Of a stretch of DNA of 64,000 nucleotides, positions 1 to 9,166 are shown piece after piece. The number at the start of each line of letters is the position of its first letter. The first letter of the stretch is position 1. Source of the stretch: an uncultured Gammaproteobacteria bacterium. Lineage in GTDB: Bacteria > Patescibacteriota > Patescibacteriia > UBA9934. The notes under the pieces are model-generated. The model worked only from the letters and a program-made list of their open reading frames with translations. It was not told where the DNA came from and did not search any database. Both the position numbers and the translations under genes were made by a program. The DNA lies in the NCBI GenBank assembly GCA_964452565.1, contig CAYVLY010000002.1, forward strand, positions 119,166 through 183,165, read 5' to 3'.

Positions 1-72
1 CGTTCGACATACCGAAACCTGTATTTACGCGGGCAGCCCAGCCAGGTTGTGATCTGGCTGACAGAAAGGTGC

Positions 73-777
73 TCAGGAAGCACGAGAGGCTCCCTGCTCC
101 TTCCATGCATTGATGAGTGCACTCGCCTGGACCTTGTTGATCTCCCCGGGGGAGTCCACTTTGGCAGACTGGCACAGGACACCTACGGCATCATCTCCTT
201 CGTATCCATGCTCGGAGAGGATGCGGAAGAGGAGCCTGCGCTGGGCCTCGGTCATGCTGTCAGAGGGCTCGTTTCCGCGTGGTCCAGGTCGGGGACCCTC
301 GTTACGCCTGCGCAGGGGCGGAGGCTGGTGCGCGTTGGAACGTCCATGGCCTGGCGCTACGCGTAGCGGCTCCACGTTGCTGGGAGGGCGCTGCACCGAG
401 TCGAACTCGCCATCAACGTCGCCACCGAGTTCCTCGAGCGCCACCGTGCCGATGTTCACCGCATCACGAAGAGCCCGGGCCTTGGCACGGGTTTCGGCCA
501 TACGGATCAGGTGCGGGACGATGCGCCTGTTGACGTTGTTCGGCGCTGCGTCACCAATGCCGGTGAACACGCCCTTCTCGGTCTCGACCGTTGCCACGAC
601 GATGGCGACGCCGTGGTTACCCTCGTCGGGAACCTGAAAGAGCTCGGTCGCGATGGACTTCAGCCCTTCTTCGTGGGCCTTGGCAAGCAGACCTGCGTAA
701 GTCGCGACCTCCTTCTCCTGGATGACCCTTCCTTCGCGGTTGCGAATGGGTATCTTGATTGTGAGTGCTTGTGACAT
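73..777 (-). CDS. Hypothetical protein, possibly a phage/ICE single-strand annealing protein (ERF/Rad52-like)
   Basis: ORF 73..834, with a likely start at the internal Met (MSQALTIK). The motif AETRAKARALRDAVNIG resembles the conserved AxT.A.KRA...GIG of Rad52/ERF-type annealing proteins. Weak, motif-level only. Confidence 0.4.
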   Translation of the reverse strand: MSQALTIKIPIRNREGRVIQEKEVATYAGLLAKAHEEGLKSIATELFQVPDEGNHGVAIVVATVETEKGVFTGIGDAAPNNVNRRIVPHLIRMAETRAKARALRDAVNIGTVALEELGGDVDGEFDSVQRPPSNVEPLRVAPGHGRSNAHQPPPLRRRNEGPRPGPRGNEPSDSMTEAQRRLLFRILSEHGYEGDDAVGVLCQSAKVDSPGEINKVQASALINAWKEQGASRAS

Positions 778-880
778 AGAAGTGCTCCAAAGCCTTGTGC
801 CCAGGCTTCTTTGGGAGAGGTGGGATTGCCTCACCTACAGCATGATGGAGCTCGAAAGGCGTGGGGAGGAGGGCTGGCAA

Positions 881-902
881 GGTGTTTCAGGCCTGAAACA
901 CC
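881..902. repeat. Perfect 22-bp palindrome GGTGTTTCAGGCCTGAAACACC, copy 1, in the upstream region of the 73..777 gene
   Basis: Exact self-complementary 22-mer. Recurs at 28414, 30076 and, with one mismatch, 35914. Confidence 0.9.
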
Positions 903-1020
903 CGGGATCATGCAAAAAAACGAACAGCAAAAAGACCCGTCAGAAACGGGCCTCAAGACGAACGACTGACAGCAGATGAGCAATGAGCACGGGCTATCGA
1001 GCTGCAGGCGTCATACTACA

Positions 1021-1698
1021 TCAGGAGGCGCGACGGAGCCTCCTGGGCAGCAGTTCCACGCTCACTCCGGCCTTCTGCCGAAAGACGATGAGATACTCAT
1101 GGGAGATCGGGATGAAGGTGCCAGTGTAGCGTTTTCTGTTCGAGGCCATGTTGTGCTGCACCTTGATGACCACCCCCTCCAGCGCCTCATCAGGGAGCGC
1201 CTCCACCACGGTGGGCAACATGCTCCAGTAGTGCCCTCGCCGGCGGATGTCGCCTACGAGCACGGCAAGCCTTCCACCGCGTGACAGCGCCAGGTAGCAG
1301 GAGCGCAGTACCCATGAAAGCGTGGAAGCGAACTGCTCGTAGTCCTCGTAGGTGGACAGATCTCGCTCATCCGGTTGTCTGCCCCAGACCCTGCCCGAGT
1401 AGCGGATGATGTTGAAGTACGGGGGGTGCAGGAAGACGAGGTCAGCGGGACGCTCCAGCATCTTCAACAGGGGCAGTGAGGTTGCGTCGAACCCGTGGTG
1501 CAGGTCAAAGCCAGCGTAGTCAACGCGCAATCGCTTGCACACGTCCCTGGACGTGCCCGAGCCCTCCATGGGGTCCACGACGAAGCGTGGCTGGTAGTGC
1601 TCGATCAGGGCCTCGATGACCTTGCCCGAGCAGTTGCCCGGGTAGCGAGAGTCACCGTCATGGCCGCGGGCAGGGAAAGACAGAATGCTCGAATCCAT
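1021..1698 (-). CDS. DNA N6-adenine/N4-cytosine methyltransferase (orphan)
   Basis: SAM-binding motif DPMEGSGTS followed about 50 aa later by the catalytic HPPY (D/N/S-PP-Y/F-type). No cognate nuclease adjacent. Confidence 0.75.
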   Translation of the reverse strand: MDSSILSFPARGHDGDSRYPGNCSGKVIEALIEHYQPRFVVDPMEGSGTSRDVCKRLRVDYAGFDLHHGFDATSLPLLKMLERPADLVFLHPPYFNIIRYSGRVWGRQPDERDLSTYEDYEQFASTLSWVLRSCYLALSRGGRLAVLVGDIRRRGHYWSMLPTVVEALPDEALEGVVIKVQHNMASNRKRYTGTFIPISHEYLIVFRQKAGVSVELLPRRLRRAS

Positions 1699-1716
1699 GG
1701 CTCTTGTCCTCCCCTG

Positions 1717-1968
1717 CTACTTGCCGAGCCGGAGCAGGCGCACGTGGTTCTGGGCGCGCTCACGCAGCTCCCTTGGAGCACTCTGCTCCAGAGCAACCAA
1801 GAAGTAGGGGCGTCCAGTGCCGTCGTTGAGCAGCTCTTGGTACTTGTCATGGGTGAGCTTGTGCCTCTGCCTGAACAGGATGACCTCGTGAGGGGCGGCG
1901 TCGCGCATCCAGTCCTCCTCGATGATGTCGGCAACGCCCTCGGCGCCCAACAGAACCAGAATGACCAT
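1717..1968 (-). CDS. Small hypothetical protein (83 aa)
   Basis: ORF immediately upstream of, and co-directional with, the methyltransferase. No recognisable motif. Confidence 0.35.
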   Translation of the reverse strand: MVILVLLGAEGVADIIEEDWMRDAAPHEVILFRQRHKLTHDKYQELLNDGTGRPYFLVALEQSAPRELRERAQNHVRLLRLGK

Positions 1969-2424
1969 ATTGGTCTCCTTTCGTGTTGTGGTTCTTGGCC
2001 ACAGTACGAGTCAGGAGGGCTCTCTGGCAGGAGGGATCGCAGGGGGAAGAAGCACTATCCGCAGATCAGATTGACGATTCCATAGAGTGGGAGTATCCTT
2101 TTTTCTACAAACAAATACACCGTTTGCGATTGGTGGCCTTGGGCTCTTGCCTTTGGCCGTAGAAGACCGATCACAGGAGGGGAACGGATGTTCCCATGCT
2201 TGCCACAATGGCTCGTTCAGCGACGCTACCGGTCTTCTACCCGGCGGCACATGCTTGGACGGGCCTTTTTGGATTTACAGAAATACAGTGTTTGTCTACG
2301 CAGAAGTGGACATACCTGTGGACAACGCTCGCCTTTCGCAAGGCGTTCTCACCCTGTCAGCCCGCCTACGCATGCCCCATAGCAAGAGCTACGATGTCAA
2401 CAATGTTCTTGACATTCCTTGCCT

Positions 2425-2694
2425 ATGAAAAAACGAATTCTCAACGCCATCCGCAGCCTGCGGATGGCCAGAAACAAACCGTGGAGGCAGCTCGACCTGG
2501 GGCGCCTTATTGGGGTTTCGCAGGGAGACGTCGGCGCCTATGAGGGCGGAAAAGTGGTCCCCTCGCTTCCCAAAGCGTTGGATATCGCCAATGCACTTGG
2601 TAAGCCCGTGGAGACCGTGTTTTTCGAACTCAACGAGAGTTCCATCGAGCGTGTTGGACAAAGACGCCGAGAACTTTCTGCCCCCAGGAGGTAG
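2425..2694 (+). CDS. XRE-family (Cro/CI-type) HTH transcriptional regulator
   Basis: Typical HTH_3 layout (LGRLIGVSQGDVGAYEGGKVVPSLPKALDIANALGKPVETVF). Divergent from the methyltransferase operon. Confidence 0.7.
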   Translation: MKKRILNAIRSLRMARNKPWRQLDLGRLIGVSQGDVGAYEGGKVVPSLPKALDIANALGKPVETVFFELNESSIERVGQRRRELSAPRR

Positions 2695-2710
2695 TTTACT
2701 AACTACGAAT

Positions 2711-2756
2711 ACAGAAGACCCTGTTCACTTACCTGGGAGTGAACAGGGTCTTCTGT
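2711..2756. terminator. Long perfect hairpin (18-bp stem, 10-nt loop) just downstream of the XRE regulator gene
   Basis: ACAGAAGACCCTGTTCAC-ttacctggga-GTGAACAGGGTCTTCTGT, followed by AT-rich (TA)5. Could be a bidirectional terminator or an operator. Confidence 0.45.
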
Positions 2757-2908
2757 TAGCAAGTTATATATATATTCCAAGGGGGGGAGTGTGAGGGGGG
2801 GAGAGTAGACCTCTGGCGAGATATCCACAGTTCTCAGTTCAACATGGCGGGAACGCCATGCCAGCCCTCCTCCCTGGGATTCAAGGCTGAACGTATCGTG
2901 TTTGGCAT

Positions 2909-3400
2909 ATGCAACACGATAACCGCTCACAGCGACGGGGCACCTTCGATCTGCTCTTCATCGCTGACGAAAACAAGATCACTGTCGCTCGCGCAGGCGT
3001 CGGTGGCGTCATCCGACTCGCGCACATTCCCGCAAAAGTCATTCTGCGTACAAGAGCTCTCCACGGAGCGCTGCGCGTGGTACTGCACGGCAGAGAACCC
3101 CGCCAAGTTCTGCTCTCGGTGATTGAGAATACACCGTATGAAAAAACAGTGCACCCGCTCTTCGAGGCTGTAGACGAGTACTGCACAGAGCGCAGGATTC
3201 CCCTGGTCTGGCTTCCAGACGTGAAGCAGATGGCGCGTGCAGCAAGCGTGCCGCCCACTGACAGTCGCCGAGATGGACGCTTGACGCGCCATGGACTTGT
3301 CAGCCGGGCAAGGCGCGGACTGGCGCGACTGGCCCGCAACACCAGGCACATCCGCTGCTCAAAAGAGCACAAGAAGAATCGTGATTTCAGAGGCTTATGA
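2909..3400 (+). CDS. Hypothetical protein, possibly an RNase H-fold (RuvC-like) nuclease. Strand ambiguous.
   Basis: Segment TVHPLFEAVDEYCTERRIPLVWLPDVKQMARAA resembles the C-terminal part of RuvC. Long overlapping ORFs exist on the minus strand (2881..3507). Confidence 0.3.
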   Translation: MQHDNRSQRRGTFDLLFIADENKITVARAGVGGVIRLAHIPAKVILRTRALHGALRVVLHGREPRQVLLSVIENTPYEKTVHPLFEAVDEYCTERRIPLVWLPDVKQMARAASVPPTDSRRDGRLTRHGLVSRARRGLARLARNTRHIRCSKEHKKNRDFRGL

Positions 3401-4002
3401 GTACCAGTGCAAATTTGTATGACGCGAATACGGCTCGTCGCCGCCTCTGCCTGGGCATCGCTCTGGGCAAGCGTGAAGCGGGTCTTGCACTGGCCAGCCG
3501 AGAGCACCTGTTTCTGGACCGAGTTCTCACACTACGCAAGATTCCCTCCGTGGATGGCAGAGAACGCCGATTCGCGCAGGTCGTGGATAAACTGATTGAT
3601 GATTTCGATGTTCAAAGGGTTTCCCTGGTGCTCCCTCATGGTAGACATGCCAAAGAACCTCAAGTACAGGCCCAGATCTCCTGCCTGGAGCGTGTGAGAG
3701 AGGAACGAGGGCTGTCACTCAACACCTATGAGATGGAGGAGGTCAAGCGCTCGCTAATTCCGACGGATAAAAACATGAGCCTACGAGAACTTGCCGAAGT
3801 GCTTGCAGAGCAATTCACAGAGCTTAAGTCCAAGGCACCAAGCACGACTCCTGTTCCTGGCGCCGAACACCTGCCAGAGCTTGCGAATCGGCCACGCAGA
3901 ACCAGAACAGCTCGCGAGAGGTATTGGGCACGCATGTTCCTGGCCCTGGGAGCAGCCATCTATGACCTGAACAGGCAGATAGTCCATGAACTGCATGTAT
4001 GA
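3397..4002 (+). CDS. YqgF/RuvC-like putative Holliday-junction resolvase family protein
   Basis: N-terminal RLCLGIALGKREAGLAL and a later DDFDVQRVSLVLP resemble the YqgF/RuvX layout. Start overlaps the upstream ORF stop. Confidence 0.4.
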   Translation: MSTSANLYDANTARRRLCLGIALGKREAGLALASREHLFLDRVLTLRKIPSVDGRERRFAQVVDKLIDDFDVQRVSLVLPHGRHAKEPQVQAQISCLERVREERGLSLNTYEMEEVKRSLIPTDKNMSLRELAEVLAEQFTELKSKAPSTTPVPGAEHLPELANRPRRTRTARERYWARMFLALGAAIYDLNRQIVHELHV

Positions 4003-4862
4003 GCAAGGAAGAAACGCGAACTCTGCGTCTGACAAGCAGAGACCTCGATACACTCTCTGACCTGGGCGACTACAGATTCATGAGCATTGCCCAGCTCGCA
4101 GCTCTGCACTTCCCGACAGAGGGGGCAGCGCAGGCCAGGCTACGAAGGCTTGTGGAAGGCGGCCTGGCGCTCAAGGTCTATGTTCCAGTAAGGCCCTACG
4201 ACCGTAGCGCTCACACCATCTACGCCCTTTCTGCCAAGGGTGCTCGGGAACTCGCAGACGCCCGCGGGTGCAAGCGACCTCGGCACTTGTCCGAGCGAGA
4301 GCGCAGAAGCGGGCTCTTCCTGGACCACACGCTCCGGCGAAACGACCTGCGAGTCTGCCTGGAGTTGCTCCAGAGCATGGAGCCTGGATTCCGCCTGCTC
4401 ATCTGGCGCCAGGCCAAGGACGAGGTGGGCACGAGCGCCAGGGTGCGTGTGGGCAGAGGGAGAGAGCAGAGAGTGCCCATCGTGCCAGACGGGTACTTCG
4501 CCGTACAGATAGGAGCGGGGTTCGAGAACTTCGTGGTGGAGATCGACATGGGCACAGTGCGCCTCGACCGGATGGCCTTGCGCTACAAAGCGTACTGGAA
4601 ATGGTGGAAGGCAGGCGGGCACAAGGCTTTGTATGGCCCTCTGCCTATCCGAGTCCTGACACTCACCACCACACCCCGTAGACTCGAAGCCCTGCGAAAG
4701 GCAGCCATGGAGGCGCCCATGGGAGGGAGCACCGGCTCAAACCTCTTCTGGTTCGCCTGCCTCGAGTGCGCTGACATCCAATCGCCAGAAAAGCTGCTTA
4801 CCCCGGTCTGGACAACAGCGCAGAAGCGCCCAGGGCCACTACGGAAGCTAATTAAATCATAA
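3999..4862 (+). CDS. Replication-relaxation family protein (Replic_Relax-like)
   Basis: N-terminal wHTH (MSIAQLAALHF) plus FLDHTLRRNDLRVCLE and VEIDMGT motifs typical of this family on Gram-positive conjugative elements. ATGA overlap with the upstream gene. Confidence 0.65.
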   Translation: MSKEETRTLRLTSRDLDTLSDLGDYRFMSIAQLAALHFPTEGAAQARLRRLVEGGLALKVYVPVRPYDRSAHTIYALSAKGARELADARGCKRPRHLSERERRSGLFLDHTLRRNDLRVCLELLQSMEPGFRLLIWRQAKDEVGTSARVRVGRGREQRVPIVPDGYFAVQIGAGFENFVVEIDMGTVRLDRMALRYKAYWKWWKAGGHKALYGPLPIRVLTLTTTPRRLEALRKAAMEAPMGGSTGSNLFWFACLECADIQSPEKLLTPVWTTAQKRPGPLRKLIKS

Positions 4863-4888
4863 ACAAACTGCATATGCGTAGAAAATGG

Positions 4889-5032
4889 ATGACCACCAAT
4901 CCGAAGCGGATCGTGGCAAACAAAAAAACAAAGAAGTGCGGTGTCTGTAGGACCAGAATCAAGGGACCGGCCAGGAAGATCGGGGGAAAGTACCGCTGCT
5001 ACTGGTGCAACAAGCGCATCTGCGGACATTGA
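4889..5032 (+). CDS. Small zinc-ribbon protein (47 aa), too short for the ORF track
   Basis: Manual translation MTTNPKRIVANKKTKKCGVCRTRIKGPARKIGGKYRCYWCNKRICGH. Two CxxC pairs. Paralogous to the next ORF. Confidence 0.3.
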   Translation: MTTNPKRIVANKKTKKCGVCRTRIKGPARKIGGKYRCYWCNKRICGH

Positions 5033-5041
5033 GCACAGATA

Positions 5042-5248
5042 TTGACCAACCTGAACACATTATGTATGCGAAAAAGGAAACGCCCATCCAAGAGGCAAAG
5101 AGATCGCTTGCGCCGACGTGCGATAGTCATGGCATCAAAGCGCTGTAAGTTCTGCCGAAGACGGCCTGATGTCCACTTTGCATTCGACAAAGAGAGAAGG
5201 CCGATCTGCTCAAAGTGCCTGGGATACGGTCATTTACCAGATCCATAA
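5042..5248 (+). CDS. Small basic zinc-ribbon protein (68 aa)
   Basis: CKFC...CSKC...YGH, with an Arg/Lys-rich N-terminus. Same Cys pattern as 4889..5032. Confidence 0.35.
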   Translation: MTNLNTLCMRKRKRPSKRQRDRLRRRAIVMASKRCKFCRRRPDVHFAFDKERRPICSKCLGYGHLPDP

Positions 5249-5507
5249 TTGTTATTGCTGCCTCCCGCGGCTCCTGGGAATGTCCCGAGGGGGCCGCTCC
5301 GAGCGTGACCCTCGTGCCGGACCGTTCGGACGCTCGCGTACTTGGCGCACGAGGCCAGGTGCGCGGCGGGGAGGACAAGGATGCCGCCTGTGATTCGTGA
5401 TTCGACCTATGGGCCTTTCAGAGGAGAGGGGCTCAAAGGCCGGAATCCCTGCGCATGAGGCCAGGAAACCGGGCCCAATAGCCAGGAAACCTGAAAAAGG
5501 AGGACAT

Positions 5508-6824
5508 ATGCTGGCGCTCACCATCGACGGCATCACCGAGCACTTGAACGAGACGGAGCTTGAAGGTGCCATGCAGCGGTACTGGATGGCCCGGAGTCAG
5601 GGTGACCAGACTGCGCAGCTCATCAAGGTGGAGTTCGGCCCGTCGGACCCAGAACCAGAGGACGACCCACCCCCCAGCGCTCCTGGCGCGATCATGTCGG
5701 TCGCCCAGGAGCGCATTGCCATCCAGGAGAAGTGGATCGAAGAGGCCGGCTTTTCCATGCCCCAGCCGGTCTTCGCTCCTGGGGCGCGTCTGACCCTGGA
5801 GGGCGAACGCAACTTCAGGCTGGAGCGGCAGCGCGTGGAGGCCATGCCGCTCTTCCCGGAAGCAGCGGCGCGCGTGCGTGAGCAGATCGCCGACGAGTGC
5901 CGAGAGAACGTGTCCACCAGGCTGCGCTCGCTTTCCATGAACAACCAAGGCGAACTCCTGATGGGTGGTGACACTCTCGGGATGGAGGTGAGCGCCTTCG
6001 CCCAGCTCGCTATGCTTTCGGGCTTTGGCTCTGGCACGCGCTACTTGACCAAGCTCTGCCCCAGAGACCTGCGCGCCGAGAACTTCAACCGCCAGGCCAG
6101 GCTGCGGCCAGACCGCGAGCTCGTGCTGCGCACTCGCCTCGGACCTGATGGAGGTCGCCGTGCCTTTGCGACCGTCACGCCCACCTACTCGGCCGTGGAT
6201 ACCGACCAGGTGCTGCTCGCTGTCGAGCACGCCCTGACCGATGCCCATACCGAGATGCGCTACGACGGCGCTGGCGTGCGAGCGACGGCCATGTGGATGC
6301 CCGACCAGATCGTGGACCAGTCTGCAGGCGACGTGTTCAAGGTTGGGGTGCGCATCGAGACCGACGACACCGGTCGGGGCCGCATCCGCATCTCTGGCGT
6401 CGCTTTCCGCCCCGCCTGCCTGAACTTGCTGATCATCAGCGAGGGTAAGGTCGAGACTGTCTCCCTGGTCCACCGTGGAGACCCCGAGCGCATCCTCTCC
6501 ATCGTGCGCGATGGCGTGGACGAGGCGCGAGAGAAGGTCGGCACCTTCCTGGAAGCCTGGGGGCACGCCAGGACCGTCAAGGTGGATGTCCAGGAACTCC
6601 TGCGAGAGTGGGTGGAGGAGAAGAGCATCTTGCCCCGCACGCGAATGGAGAACGACGTGATCGTGGAGGAGCTGCTCTGTGCGTGGCGCAAGGAGCCAGG
6701 AGACTCTCTGGCCGATGCCATCAACGCCCTTTCCCGGTCTGCACACGAGAGCGATCTCTGGGACATGGACTTCCGAGAGGAGATGGAGCGTCAGGCTGCG
6801 CGCCTGGTGCTGGTGCCGAGATGA
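5508..6824 (+). CDS. Conserved hypothetical mobile-element protein (about 438 aa). Family not assigned.
   Basis: Strong RBS AAAAAGGAGGA 6 nt upstream of ATG 5508. Long ORF with ordinary amino-acid composition. A DUF932-type family is possible but unverified. Confidence 0.55.
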   Translation: MLALTIDGITEHLNETELEGAMQRYWMARSQGDQTAQLIKVEFGPSDPEPEDDPPPSAPGAIMSVAQERIAIQEKWIEEAGFSMPQPVFAPGARLTLEGERNFRLERQRVEAMPLFPEAAARVREQIADECRENVSTRLRSLSMNNQGELLMGGDTLGMEVSAFAQLAMLSGFGSGTRYLTKLCPRDLRAENFNRQARLRPDRELVLRTRLGPDGGRRAFATVTPTYSAVDTDQVLLAVEHALTDAHTEMRYDGAGVRATAMWMPDQIVDQSAGDVFKVGVRIETDDTGRGRIRISGVAFRPACLNLLIISEGKVETVSLVHRGDPERILSIVRDGVDEAREKVGTFLEAWGHARTVKVDVQELLREWVEEKSILPRTRMENDVIVEELLCAWRKEPGDSLADAINALSRSAHESDLWDMDFREEMERQAARLVLVPR

Positions 6825-6952
6825 AAGCTACCCCGCTGGACGTGAGCCGGCGGGGCATTCTTGCATCAAGAAATATCAGTCGCGAAAGACAACAGTGACA
6901 CTATTCGTGGCATACAAATAGCCGCTACCAAGACAAATTTTCGCCGATTTTC

Positions 6953-8527
6953 TCAATCCATCCTTTTCAGGGATACTGTGCTACCACCAGGCAGGTCTGA
7001 AGGATACTCGTGTCGGAACAACTCTGCCATTCGTTCTCCATGCACCCTCTCTATCGCCTGATGAAATTCCATGTAGTCTATTAGCCGCCACCAGTGGCTC
7101 GCAAATTCCTGGCGGTGAAATGCCTTCTTGTAGAGATCGAGCAGAGTGAAGGGTTCTTGTTCAAGAACAAGTAGAGTCGCATCGCGCAACTCACTTACAA
7201 AATCTTCGCGCTTTTTGTGGATGCCAAAGCCAACTCTGTATTTTGGGAAAGGTAAGTTCAGCTCGTCCTCAAGCGTTGCACCAGTTGATCCCCTCCACAA
7301 ACGGTGTCCCCGGATGGGAACGCCTAAGGCGGCCATATGAGGCTGTCCCACAGGAGGAGCTTTCTTACCAAGGTATCTGGCAACTTCAATTGCTCGTGTG
7401 TCATCACCAACGAAGACCACCAAAGGTACGCCATCCGAATGTGTGTGGAGACTTCTTTCTATCTCAAGAAAAGCAGCCCCCACATCTTCCACAGAATAGT
7501 CGTGAACCGTGGAAATCCGTTCATGAGTTTTCAGAATACCGCGTAGATAGGCATCACCTGCGGAACCGTGAACGGTGATGAACTTCGCGCGATGGAAGAT
7601 CTGCTCTTTCTGGCCTGTAACATACGAAAGAGCACGAACACTCTGACCACACCAGCTTGTACCCCCATATTCTTCGAGGAACTCAAGCAGGGTTGAAGAA
7701 CGTGCAACGCCATTCAAAGGTAGCCGTAGTCCTGGTGCCTCCACGAAGCTGATCTCCCTGCGTCGATGTAGGGCGGAAGTAATTGGCAGAAGCACGTCCA
7801 CCTTCATCAATTGGGCGGAAACGCTAATGGAACCAAGAGTCTCGGCATCAATCGGGGTCGTGGCCGGTGTCCGATATGGATATAGTAACCTGCGCATGCA
7901 GTCGAGCAGGCCTCCAAATACTCCACCAATCTGTTCTCTATCAATCTCTGCGAAGGGAGGTCGGTGAAGAACACCAACAGTAAGATGCCCACCTAACGGT
8001 TCTTCAGCGACAGGTGCCGCAGCTACGAATTGCACCTTGTCGCCCCGGAGGATGTGTCCTGGCATCTGGAGCAAAGCAGAAAAATGGACTCTGCGGTATT
8101 CTCCGATATCATCGCCACTAGCCTCACAAAGCTCTGAAAGATGCTGGTAGGCTTTCAGCAGTTCAGCCCGTGACCAGGAGTACTCGCCTTTGAGCTTCGC
8201 GAAGATACTTGTGCTGCTTACACCCACTTGCCGAGCAATACTCGCAATGTTCTTCTTCTTTCCAGCGCGCATCGGGGCCTGCCGCCAAGCATGAAAGGCA
8301 TCGCTGTGGCGACCCTGCCGAAAGAACTTCATGGCCGATGCGGGAACGAGTAGTTCTACGTCACTCAATTCTTGAAAACCTGTGTAGTAGATGAAGAGGC
8401 CAGATACTCTCTCATAACCGGCAGCACTATGACTCGGCCGGAACACCTCAATGAAGAGAGTTTCAGGCGGTGAGCCCGCCGAGTCCAGCGCGAATCGGCG
8501 CTTGACAAATACTTGACAGAGGGACAC
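6953..8527 (-). CDS. Hypothetical 524-aa protein with an internal HTH. GC-atypical cargo gene.
   Basis: Long clean ORF in a roughly 50% GC patch inside the 65% GC island. HTH-like segment KKKNIASIARQVGVSSTSIFAKLKG. Possible DxD/Toprim-like PLVVFVGDD. Confidence 0.55.
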   Translation of the reverse strand: MSLCQVFVKRRFALDSAGSPPETLFIEVFRPSHSAAGYERVSGLFIYYTGFQELSDVELLVPASAMKFFRQGRHSDAFHAWRQAPMRAGKKKNIASIARQVGVSSTSIFAKLKGEYSWSRAELLKAYQHLSELCEASGDDIGEYRRVHFSALLQMPGHILRGDKVQFVAAAPVAEEPLGGHLTVGVLHRPPFAEIDREQIGGVFGGLLDCMRRLLYPYRTPATTPIDAETLGSISVSAQLMKVDVLLPITSALHRRREISFVEAPGLRLPLNGVARSSTLLEFLEEYGGTSWCGQSVRALSYVTGQKEQIFHRAKFITVHGSAGDAYLRGILKTHERISTVHDYSVEDVGAAFLEIERSLHTHSDGVPLVVFVGDDTRAIEVARYLGKKAPPVGQPHMAALGVPIRGHRLWRGSTGATLEDELNLPFPKYRVGFGIHKKREDFVSELRDATLLVLEQEPFTLLDLYKKAFHRQEFASHWWRLIDYMEFHQAIERVHGERMAELFRHEYPSDLPGGSTVSLKRMD

Positions 8528-9166
8528 CTGATAATCAGGTACAGCTATGGTGTCTATTCAATCAGGATCAGAAACCCCCCGATGACGCCAGCTGCTCCCC
8601 TCAACATGACAAGAAGACCGCAGCCAGAACTGGCCGCGGTAGAGGTGGAGCACCAAGGCAGGCAGCAGCAAGCTCCCCACCGAACCGGCCGCGTTGCAGC
8701 ACGGCCGATCCTCGGACAGGAGCTCCCACTTCCTATCGGATCGCGACATACCGGCCGCGACCATCACCTCGGACCTTACATGGAGGCCACGAGATGGAGT
8801 GCCCAAGAAAGCCCAGACAAAGTACCATAGCGCGTGTTTTCGTGCAAGGGGAGTACTTCCTGTCGCCGTCCAAGGACGATGGTATTGACCTCGTTCGAAT
8901 GACCGACGGTGGCTCCCCAAAGAGTGTTGCGACGTTCTACGGCTCCCTTCAAGACGCCTTGGCGGGGGCTTTCGTTTTGACTAACGCTGGGTACATCTCC
9001 GTGTTTCGCCCACCGGAGGCCACTCCAGAGGCTGCCGGTAGGCATCCGGCTGCTCCCCGTGGGTAGTTGAGCGCCATGCCTCATCCTCACGCCGACTTGA
9101 GCCAGAGAGCTCGACCTCCCCCAGAGCAGCGAGAAGCACGAGGCGATCTCGCACATCGCCTCGTGC

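Noticed and set aside
49-637. Plus-strand ORFs overlapping the 73..777 gene
   Set aside because: The minus-strand product has a coherent composition and a conserved-looking motif. The plus-strand translations are Arg/Ser/Pro-rich.
2407-2430. TTGACA...TATGAA as a promoter for the XRE gene
   Set aside because: Spacer is only 9 nt, and the hexamers overlap the start codon.
2881-3507. Minus-strand ORFs 2881..3507 and 2927..3349
   Set aside because: They compete with the plus-strand ORF 2909..3400, which was kept tentatively for its RuvC-like segment and co-orientation with downstream genes. The strand remains genuinely uncertain.
8530-9160. Several 60-126-aa ORFs on both strands
   Set aside because: Mutually overlapping, low-complexity, with no RBS or motifs. 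The region is more likely noncoding, or a regulatory leader of the downstream operon.
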